In this document: positions 25,609 to 32,690 of the stretch, piece by piece
How positions within the stretch are numbered: position 1 is the stretch's first letter
Layout of the letters: each line of letters starts with the position of its first letter
From: a virus
Strand: one strand, 5' to 3'
DNA length: 35,963 bases
Virus record (IMG/VR): IMGVR_UViG_3300037423_002564
The notes under the pieces: model-generated
Database searches by the model: none
What the model was told of the DNA's origin: nothing
The model's input: the letters and a program-made list of their open reading frames with translations, nothing else
Translations under genes and position numbers: made by a program

Positions 25609-26208
25609 ATGCAGGACGCCGCCCAGGTTGTCGACGAACGTGATCAGCGCACGCTGGGCCATATGGCCGGCGGGGCGGTCATGGGCGGCATGGTGGGCAC
25701 GCTGGCCGGCCTCGCCAAGGGCGGCATCCACCCGCGGATGCTGCACCCCACCGGCGGCCTTGCTGGCAAGTTGGGCCTGGTGGGCACGATCGCCGGGGCC
25801 GGCGCGGGCTACATGGCCGCCGACAGGGAGCAACACATGGCCGAACAGCAGCTCAAGATCGCCGCCCAGATGTTCATCGCGGGCCAGAATTTCGCGCGCG
25901 CCGTCCTGGCGCTGCCGCCGGCCGAGAAGGCCGCCCTGTTCAAGGAGCTGGACCAGGCCGTGGGCCACGGCGTGAGCGCCATGGGGATCGGCGCGGGCCG
26001 CCTGATGCAGGGCGTGGGCCACGCCGGCAAGGCCCTCGAAGACGTCGCCAAGAACACGAAGAACCACGAGGCCCTCGGGCGCGTGGCGGGTGGCGCGGCG
26101 CTGGTGGGCGGCACGGCCCTGGCCCTGCACGCCTTGCAGCGCCAGCGCGAGGCCGACCAGTACGCCTTGAGCACCTACCCCCAAGGAGGCACGCCGTGGA
26201 TGCCATGA
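25609..26208 (+). CDS. glycine-zipper-like membrane-inserting protein (putative internal/ejected)
   Basis: GGAVMGGMVGTLAG, GLVGTIAGAGAG, GGAALVGGTALAL; start uncertain (25564 or 25609). Confidence 0.65.
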   Translation: MQDAAQVVDERDQRTLGHMAGGAVMGGMVGTLAGLAKGGIHPRMLHPTGGLAGKLGLVGTIAGAGAGYMAADREQHMAEQQLKIAAQMFIAGQNFARAVLALPPAEKAALFKELDQAVGHGVSAMGIGAGRLMQGVGHAGKALEDVAKNTKNHEALGRVAGGAALVGGTALALHALQRQREADQYALSTYPQGGTPWMP

Positions 26209-27620
26209 GCAAGTACGCCTACCAGGGCGTCGAGGGCCACGAGAAGCGCTCCCCCATCGGGCCGGATGACTACCTCGCCGCCGGCGAGCGTCGCGCCACG
26301 CCGCTGGTGCCCTTCCGCGGCGGCCTGGAGGTGGACGACCGCCTCTCGCGCGGCCGGGTGAAGATCGCCGCCTGCGACGACGCCGTGAAGGCCGCCTCGC
26401 AGGTCCAGCCGCAGCCGGGCCGCGTCTACGCGCTCGTGATCGGCCTGGGCTCCGAGGGCCACTGGGGCACCAACAACAACGGCGACGCCTTCCCCGAGGA
26501 GGCGCTCTTGGGCCAGGCGCCCAAGGGTCTCGCGATGGGCTTCTTCGACAAGTTCGCGCGCCGCATCCCCAAGGAGTGGGGCTACCGCACCTTCAAGAAG
26601 GCCCACGTCTTCCAGGAGCACCACAACTCCAACCCGAAGCTCGCCATCGGCGGCGTCGAGAACACCTTCTGGAACGACCGCATGCACCGGGTGGAGAACC
26701 TGGTCTGGGTCGACCGCGCCAATCCCAAGGGCATCAAGTGGGCCCGCCGCATCGACGAGAACGACCCCACCGTGGGCACCTCGATGGCGTGCCACGTCCC
26801 CTTCGACCGCTGCTCGATCTGCGGCAACCTGGCGCCCACGCGCATGCAGTACTGCGGCCACCTGCGCCGCGGCCACCCGGACTACGCGCTGCGTCAGATC
26901 CGCCCCGACGGCCGCTCGGTCAGCATGATCAACGACTTCCCCGACTTCTTCGACGAGAGCTTCGTCGAGGTGCCGGCGGCGCCCGAGGCGCTGCTGATCG
27001 CCAAGGTCGCCTCCCAGGGCGGCGCCACCAAGCAGAGCGAGATGGAGAAGCACGACCTCGACCTGTCGGTGGACGTCGCGATGGACGACCTCAACGGCCT
27101 GTACGCGCGCGAGCGCGGCCTGCCCACGAGCGTGCTCGACAAGCTGGCCGCCCACGGCCTGCCCGCGGCCATCACGGCGGCGGGGATGCTCGGCATGTGC
27201 CTGCGGCCCAGCGAGGTGTACCACATCGCCTTCGGCCCGGACGCCCTCGACCCCAAGACGGCCGCGGCGGTGGACGCCAAGGCCCTCCAGCTCGCGCCCG
27301 AGCCGTTGCCCGAGCATCTGGTCGAGAAGCTGGCGGCCTCCGCCAAGCTGCCGCTCGCCGGCCGGCCCGGTACGATCACGACCGGCTACGTCGTGGATCT
27401 GCTGCGCCCGTTCGCCCCCGGCCGCTCCTACCAGGAGCCCTACCTGACGCCGCGCCTGATGAAGAGCGCCAGCCGCCCCGTCACGCCCCAGCCGCTCACC
27501 GACAGCGAGCGCCGCGTGCTGGCCGCCTACCACGGCATGTACAAGCTGGCGTCCGGCTTCTGCGGCTACGGCGAGCGCCAGGCCAAGCTGGCCCATCTCG
27601 GCCGGTACGGGTCCTACTGA
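26196..27620 (+). CDS. prohead (capsid maturation) protease with zinc-binding insert
   Basis: NNNGDAF, HVFQEH, GTSMAC (catalytic Ser candidate), CSICGN..YCGHL, FFDESFVEVPA; located upstream of scaffold and MCP. Confidence 0.8.
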   Translation: MDAMSKYAYQGVEGHEKRSPIGPDDYLAAGERRATPLVPFRGGLEVDDRLSRGRVKIAACDDAVKAASQVQPQPGRVYALVIGLGSEGHWGTNNNGDAFPEEALLGQAPKGLAMGFFDKFARRIPKEWGYRTFKKAHVFQEHHNSNPKLAIGGVENTFWNDRMHRVENLVWVDRANPKGIKWARRIDENDPTVGTSMACHVPFDRCSICGNLAPTRMQYCGHLRRGHPDYALRQIRPDGRSVSMINDFPDFFDESFVEVPAAPEALLIAKVASQGGATKQSEMEKHDLDLSVDVAMDDLNGLYARERGLPTSVLDKLAAHGLPAAITAAGMLGMCLRPSEVYHIAFGPDALDPKTAAAVDAKALQLAPEPLPEHLVEKLAASAKLPLAGRPGTITTGYVVDLLRPFAPGRSYQEPYLTPRLMKSASRPVTPQPLTDSERRVLAAYHGMYKLASGFCGYGERQAKLAHLGRYGSY

Positions 27621-27901
27621 TGCTCGACGCGTACCAGGTCTACATGGACCGCGTGAAGCGCGCCATGGAGCAGGAAGAACCTAAAAACGAAGCTTCCACG
27701 TTGAAGCACGTTCGCAACAACGTGATCTACGGCCTCATGAGCAGCCGCGCCGGCGGCCCCGTGAGCCTGGTCGGCTCCAGCGTCGGCGGCGCCTTGGATG
27801 GCGTCCTGATGAAGCCGGTCATCGACGCCGGCATCGACGCGGCCGGCAAGGGTGTTCGGTGGGCCTACGGGCTCAAAAACGAGCCCAGCGCATCCCTATA
27901 A
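27620..27901 (+). CDS. small Gly-rich protein (MLDAYQVYMDRVKRA...)
   Basis: Real part of ORF 26576..27901; TGATG coupling to the protease. Confidence 0.65.
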   Translation: MLDAYQVYMDRVKRAMEQEEPKNEASTLKHVRNNVIYGLMSSRAGGPVSLVGSSVGGALDGVLMKPVIDAGIDAAGKGVRWAYGLKNEPSASL

Positions 27902-27902
27902 T
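27897..27902 (+). promoter_or_regulatory. -10 box TATAAT
   Basis: atcccTATAATacc overlapping the upstream stop, 22 nt before ATG 27924. Confidence 0.7.
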
Positions 27903-27923
27903 ACCCACAGGAGGGCCTTGACC

Positions 27924-28484
27924 ATGGAAGACACCCAGAAGAGCGCCAACTACATCGAAGACGTCCTCGCGGACCTCTTCCCGAAGCAGGCCGCCGACGA
28001 AGGCGACAAGGACACGCGCGGGAAGGAAGAGAAGGCGCCACCCTTCGAGAAGAAGGACAAGGACGACGACAAGTCGAAGTCCGAGAAGGGCGAGAAGGGC
28101 GACAAGGACAAGGACGACGACAAGGGCAAGGACAAGGAAGCGTCCGCCCAGGTCGAGCTGTTCGCCGAGATGAACCAGCTCCACCCCGAGCTGATGAAGG
28201 CCGCCAACCTGGAGGCCACCAGCCGCGTCCTGGCCGACGTCAAGCAGGCCCAGCTCATGGACGCCTACCGTCCCGCCGCCGCGCCGGCCGCGCCGTCCGC
28301 CCAGCAGAAGCTGGCGAGCCTGGACGTGCCCGTCGAGCAGGCCCGGGAGCTGTTCAACGCCGGCTACGTCGACCGTCTGTCGAAGTACGCCGCCGAAGAC
28401 CCCGAGTTCGCCCAGATGCTGGAGGAGGCGGCGAAGCCGGCCTTCAACGCCGGCTTCGCTTCCGTGGCCCGTAACGGGCGTTAG
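27924..28484 (+). CDS. scaffold-like protein with D/K low-complexity tract
   Basis: AGGAGG RBS; KDKDDD tract; eight K-x-A motifs; position after the protease. Confidence 0.65.
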   Translation: MEDTQKSANYIEDVLADLFPKQAADEGDKDTRGKEEKAPPFEKKDKDDDKSKSEKGEKGDKDKDDDKGKDKEASAQVELFAEMNQLHPELMKAANLEATSRVLADVKQAQLMDAYRPAAAPAAPSAQQKLASLDVPVEQARELFNAGYVDRLSKYAAEDPEFAQMLEEAAKPAFNAGFASVARNGR

Positions 28485-28514
28485 CCCGGGCCCCCACCAG
28501 AGAGGAAAACGCCC

Positions 28515-28778
28515 ATGAGCACCCAGTACACCCCCGAGGAGCAGGCCGCGTTCGAGAACGCGTACTGGAACACGATGGCGAAGGCCGCCGGCACGGTGGA
28601 GGCCCAGCAGGGTCGCGACCTGTTCAACGCCGCCTTCGACGATCGCATCGCCAAGTACGCCGCCGCCGACCCCGAGTTCGGCGCCGAGTGGCAGGCGGAG
28701 CTGGAGAAGGCTGCCTTCAACCAGGCGGTCGAGGCCACGCTCAACCAGCACGGCCTCACCTGGAACCCGGGCGCGTAG
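28515..28778 (+). CDS. small K-x-A protein, paralogous to the C-terminus of 27924..28484
   Basis: GRDLFNAAFDDRIAKYAAADPEF versus ARELFNAGYVDRLSKYAAEDPEF. Confidence 0.75.
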   Translation: MSTQYTPEEQAAFENAYWNTMAKAAGTVEAQQGRDLFNAAFDDRIAKYAAADPEFGAEWQAELEKAAFNQAVEATLNQHGLTWNPGA

Positions 28779-28790
28779 GAGGGAGCCTCC

Positions 28791-29036
28791 ATGATCGGTC
28801 AGGACCCCGTCCGCGAGCGCATGCTCAAGGAGGCGGCGACCGAGCTGTCGGAGGCGGCCGATCTGCTCGCCGAGCACGAGAAGGCCGCCTCTAACCAGGC
28901 TCCCACCGCCGACCCCATCGAAACCGCCAAGCAGGCGTCGCTCGCGCGCACCGCGGCGAACCTCATCTACGTCGACCACGTCAACGCACTCTTGGCGGCC
29001 AAGACCGCGAGCCAGGAGCCGGCAGCCGCCGGTTAG
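28791..29036 (+). CDS. small K-x-A protein
   Basis: GGAGGGAG RBS; all 4 lysines are in K-x-A. Confidence 0.7.
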   Translation: MIGQDPVRERMLKEAATELSEAADLLAEHEKAASNQAPTADPIETAKQASLARTAANLIYVDHVNALLAAKTASQEPAAAG

Positions 29037-29038
29037 TC

Positions 29039-29962
29039 ATGGCCGCCCCGCTGACCTCCGAGCTGCACAGCCTCCTGATCAGGCCCTCCAACGGGAGCCT
29101 GATCTTGGGGGCTGCGCACCATGCGCTGTACCGGCCGGCCAACGCCCTCGCCCACAAGGTGACGGGCCACGCGCTGCCGACGGCCTTGGACCCGGGGGAG
29201 TGGGGCGCGGCAGCCGCGCGCGCCGGCGAGAAGGTGGACTACCACCTCGCCTTGGGCGGCGCGCAGCGTGCGGAGACCATCCAGCTCGACAACGATCACC
29301 TCAAGCACATCGGCCAACACCTGGATACGATGGCGGCCACCGACCCGGGTAAGGCCCGGGCGCTGGAGACCGACCTCAATTCCGTGGTGGCGGATCATTA
29401 TAATAGGGGGGAGACCATCCGGGGGTTGGTGGACAAGGCTCACGCCGACCAGAACTTCCGGGCCACCCTTCACGAAGTTGCCGTCCCCAGCGCCACTGGC
29501 GAAGTCGGACGCACCGCCAAAACCCTCGCCACCGATGCAGCGGGCCTCTACGGCGCCGCCGCCATCACGGACAAAGTCCGCCAGGCGATGGACCCGCAAG
29601 CCAAGGAGAAGCAGAGTTCGATGAGCAAGCTGAACGTGGCGATCGAGAAGATCCAGAAGGCCGCCTCGATCCTCGACCAGATCCCCGCGCGTGACGCCGC
29701 CTTCGCCAAGGCCGCGGCCCTCGCCGAGGAGGAGGTCATCGGTCAGCACGAGGTCGAGAAGTTCGCGGGGCTCTTCGAGCGCAACCCGCAGGACGCCGAG
29801 ACCGTCGTCGCCGCCCTGCGCCGTGGCGAGGACGAGGCCACCAAGTTGGCGTCGTTCGGCGAGGTGGTGAAGAGCGAGCCCCAGAACGGCGCCGGTGCGA
29901 ACCGTGGCCGCTTCGAGGCTCTGTGCCTGGAAAATAACACCCAGCCCAAGCGCTCCTGGTAG
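29039..29962 (+). CDS. head-module protein, possibly with a nested in-frame scaffold-like product from ATG 29621
   Basis: Open frame; internal TATAAT at 29399-29404 and AAGGAG before MSKLNVAIEK. Confidence 0.6.
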   Translation: MAAPLTSELHSLLIRPSNGSLILGAAHHALYRPANALAHKVTGHALPTALDPGEWGAAAARAGEKVDYHLALGGAQRAETIQLDNDHLKHIGQHLDTMAATDPGKARALETDLNSVVADHYNRGETIRGLVDKAHADQNFRATLHEVAVPSATGEVGRTAKTLATDAAGLYGAAAITDKVRQAMDPQAKEKQSSMSKLNVAIEKIQKAASILDQIPARDAAFAKAAALAEEEVIGQHEVEKFAGLFERNPQDAETVVAALRRGEDEATKLASFGEVVKSEPQNGAGANRGRFEALCLENNTQPKRSW

Positions 29963-29974
29963 TACCAATCTACC
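29958..29974 (+). promoter_or_regulatory. 17-bp motif copy GGTAGTACCAATCTACC
   Basis: Perfect match overlapping the stop at 29962. Confidence 0.7.
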
Positions 29975-30010
29975 GAAAGTCCGTCCGTCCCCTATGAGGA
30001 GGAGATTCCC

Positions 30011-30559
30011 ATGACCATCTCGTTCGGCGTTCCCGGCTCCCCCCGCAAGACCTTCGACGACAAGAAGTTCGACTTGCAGGGTGGCGTCTACTCCAAGTGG
30101 CCCTGCCCGCTCCAGTCCGGCCTGCCTGCCGGCACCGTCAAGGACGGCCAGTTCCTCGCTCCAGACGGCCTGGGCGCCTACGTGCCCGCGCCCGACGCGG
30201 ACCGCGCCCTGTTCCTGATGTTCACCGCGAACAACGAGGTGATCGTCAAGGAAGTCACCGCCGCCGACGAGTTCCCCGGCGAGGAGCGCACCAACACCCC
30301 CACCGGCCTCCAGGGCAAGATCAACGGCGTCTGGTCCGTGGATCAGCTCTTCCTGGGCGCCACCGGTGGCGGCGCGGTCACGCTCGCCGACTACGACGCC
30401 AACCAGGCGCTCACGGTCAAGGCCGGCAAGCTCTGCCCCGCCAACTTCGGCACCAACGCCGGCGAGAAGGTGATCGGCTACGTCGACACCCCCAACACCT
30501 GGGCCGGCGGCAGCCTCGGCTCCACCGCGGGTGCGATCGCCGCTTCCATCGACATCTAG
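30011..30559 (+). CDS. putative capsid decoration/cement protein
   Basis: GAGGAGG RBS; beta-rich 182 aa immediately upstream of MCP; ALTVKAGKL..VIGYV pattern. Confidence 0.6.
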   Translation: MTISFGVPGSPRKTFDDKKFDLQGGVYSKWPCPLQSGLPAGTVKDGQFLAPDGLGAYVPAPDADRALFLMFTANNEVIVKEVTAADEFPGEERTNTPTGLQGKINGVWSVDQLFLGATGGGAVTLADYDANQALTVKAGKLCPANFGTNAGEKVIGYVDTPNTWAGGSLGSTAGAIAASIDI

Positions 30560-30567
30560 GCCCTTCA

Positions 30568-30636
30568 CCCGCCGCGAGACGTAGTATCTACGCCCCGCGG
30601 CGGGGATAAGCCTCCGAATATTCGGGGAAAGTCCCC
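30568..30636 (+). other. structured intergenic leader upstream of MCP
   Basis: CCCGCCGCG/CGCGGCGGG stem with inner CGTAG/CTACG, then CCGAATATTCGG palindrome overlapping GGGGA..TCCCC. Confidence 0.55.
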
Positions 30637-30690
30637 GCAAGCCACGCCACACCACGTTCTACGCCCACAACCTTTCAGGAGGGTTTCACC

Positions 30691-31638
30691 ATGGAAGACA
30701 ACCAGGTCATGTCCGTCGAGGAAGCGCGCCTCGTCAACGCCGGATTCCTCGCGGCGGCCCAGGAGGGTGGCGCGAAGCTGAAGAAGGTCGCCAACACGGT
30801 GAACGAGGACATCATCCTCACGATTCTCCGTGAGGATGGCATCTCGCGTCGCATCATGCCATACAAGCCCATCTCCTCGGCGGAACTGTCCACGGACAAG
30901 GACTTCCCCGATGTGCCCGTGAAGTTCGTCCCGGTCGAGGTCCCGGTCAACGAGTACCTCGCCTTCGCGGTCGACTTCATGCAGCCCTCGAAGGACATGT
31001 GGTTCCGCTCGAAGGTGGCGCCGGTCTACTTCAAGCCGATCAAGACCAAGACGGTCCGGCTGACCGAGAGCCAGTTGCTGGCCAACAACTACCCCATCAA
31101 GAGCTACATCGAGAGCATCTTGAAGAACGACATCCTGGCCGTCGAGGACATCTCCTTGATCGGCGCCATCGAGCGCTGCGTCACGAAGAACATCCCCAAC
31201 GGCAACGCGCTGGCCGCCGCGGCCCCGCTGATCAAGGATCACGTCGCCGACATCAACAAGCAGATGGTGCGCAACCGTCTGTCTACCGTGATGATCATCC
31301 TGAACGAGATCACGTACCAGGACATCATCAAGTGGAACTCGTCCGAGATCGGCAGCCTGGTGATGGAAGGCATCATCGAGCACGGCCCCAAGGGCGAGCA
31401 GCTCAAGTACAAGAGCTGGCTGGGCTACAAGTGGGTGATGACGAACAACGCGGACGTGGTGCCCGAAGGCACCCTGTACGCGTTGCCCGCGCAGCGCTAC
31501 CTGGGCTCCAGCTACATGCTGGCGGACGCCGAGCAGTGGATCGAGTTCCGCGACGGCATCCTCTCCACCAACACCCGCGAGATCGTGGGCCGCAACCTGT
31601 TCAACCACCGCGGTCCCGTCAAGATGGTGCTGTCCTAG
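30691..31638 (+). CDS. major capsid protein (probable HK97 fold)
   Basis: 315 aa; AGGAGG RBS; LREDGISRRIM, ILAVEDISLI, WLGYKWV..NADVVPEGTLY; position after protease, scaffold and decoration and before neck genes. Confidence 0.8.
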   Translation: MEDNQVMSVEEARLVNAGFLAAAQEGGAKLKKVANTVNEDIILTILREDGISRRIMPYKPISSAELSTDKDFPDVPVKFVPVEVPVNEYLAFAVDFMQPSKDMWFRSKVAPVYFKPIKTKTVRLTESQLLANNYPIKSYIESILKNDILAVEDISLIGAIERCVTKNIPNGNALAAAAPLIKDHVADINKQMVRNRLSTVMIILNEITYQDIIKWNSSEIGSLVMEGIIEHGPKGEQLKYKSWLGYKWVMTNNADVVPEGTLYALPAQRYLGSSYMLADAEQWIEFRDGILSTNTREIVGRNLFNHRGPVKMVLS

Positions 31639-31639
31639 C

Positions 31640-31683
31640 GGTCTGACCGAAGGACCGTCCCGCCGCCTACGGGTGGCGGGACG
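31640..31683 (+). promoter_or_regulatory. 17-bp motif copy followed by a UNCG hairpin
   Basis: GGTCTGACCGAAGGACC (31640-31656) then CGTCCCGCCGCC-tacg-GGTGGCGGGACG (31656-31683); no U-tract. Confidence 0.7.
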
Positions 31684-31718
31684 CCCCGTTCGTTCCGCAA
31701 GCAGAGAGGATCCCCCAC

Positions 31719-32141
31719 GTGTTCAAAACCGTTACCAACCTGTCCGAGACGGCCTCCGCCGTGGTTGCCGACCGCACGCTCGCGATCGGCGAGTCCAAGG
31801 ACCTGCCCGCCAAGGCGGTCGACAAGTGGCTCGCCAAGGGCGGCCAGCGCCTGGTCGACAACGGCACCGTGAGCGTCAGCGAAGAGAAGGCCGTCGCCGC
31901 GGCGCCGGCGCCCTTCGTCCCGGCGCCCGCGCCCGCGCCCACCCCGGGTGACGAGGGCGCGGCTTCGGCCAGCCAGCCCCAGGGCAACGCCCAGGGCAAG
32001 CCGGATGGCGAGAGCGACGAGGCCAACCAGAGCCCCAACACCCCTCCCGAGGGCGGTGAAGAGGGCGACGCCGGCGGCGACGCGGGCGGCGAGGGTGGCG
32101 AGACCGCCACGGGCCCGAAGAAGAAGTCCGGCAAGAAGTAA
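31719..32141 (+). CDS. hypothetical protein with disordered acidic/Gly tail and basic end
   Basis: GAGGA RBS then GTG; typical of the gene found right after an MCP. Confidence 0.7.
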   Translation: MFKTVTNLSETASAVVADRTLAIGESKDLPAKAVDKWLAKGGQRLVDNGTVSVSEEKAVAAAPAPFVPAPAPAPTPGDEGAASASQPQGNAQGKPDGESDEANQSPNTPPEGGEEGDAGGDAGGEGGETATGPKKKSGKK

Positions 32142-32162
32142 GCCGGCAGACCATCTGGTTTC

Positions 32163-32193
32163 AGGGCGCCTTCCCGGCTCGGGCAGGCGCCCT
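32163..32193. other. intergenic hairpin
   Basis: AGGGCGCCT-CCCG / CGGG-AGGCGCCCT. Confidence 0.55.
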
Positions 32194-32213
32194 CTGCGCG
32201 AGAGGAGCCCTCC

Positions 32214-32690
32214 ATGGCCGTGATCGACGACTTCATCGCGATGCTGATCGACGACGCCAGCCCTGCCGTCATCCACGTCAGCGACGTGCGCGATCAGCTC
32301 CGCGACTACCCGGAGTTCAACGAGATCGTCCGCAAGGAGGCGGAGGACGAGGAGTACGCCAAGGCCATCATCAAGGTCATGGCCTCCTTCAACGCCATGA
32401 GCCCCTTCGACAGCGGCTACGGCCCCAAGGACTTCCCCGACCGCAGCCTGCTGATGGACTGGAGCGCCGCGCAGGTGCTGCGCCAGGTCTACACCTGGCA
32501 CGCCCGCAACCAATGGAGCGCCTCCGACGCCGGGCTCCAGGTGCCCCTGCACGAGCAGTGGGAGGGCCTCCAGCGCATCGCCGAGGGGCTGATGGCCGAG
32601 GCCAAGCAGACCGCCCGGGAGCTGAAGACCCGCCTGAACATCAAGCGCGGCTTCGGGCGCGGCGTCAACTCCGCCTTGTGGTGGCGCTGA
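32214..32690 (+). CDS. putative head-tail adaptor (neck) protein
   Basis: Helical 158 aa, VRDQLRD..AIIKVMASFN..WSASDAGLQV; position after MCP. Confidence 0.6.
   Translation: MAVIDDFIAMLIDDASPAVIHVSDVRDQLRDYPEFNEIVRKEAEDEEYAKAIIKVMASFNAMSPFDSGYGPKDFPDRSLLMDWSAAQVLRQVYTWHARNQWSASDAGLQVPLHEQWEGLQRIAEGLMAEAKQTARELKTRLNIKRGFGRGVNSALWWR

Noticed and set aside
28030-28140. GACAAG-rich tandem-like DNA
   Set aside because: Explained by the Asp/Lys low-complexity tract of the scaffold-like protein
398-31656. 17-bp motif as CRISPR repeats or transposon ends
   Set aside because: Copies are dispersed, degenerate and not regularly spaced; no cas or transposase genes are visible
31656-31683. Post-MCP hairpin as a classical intrinsic terminator
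   Set aside because: Strong stem but no U-tract; kept only as a structural element
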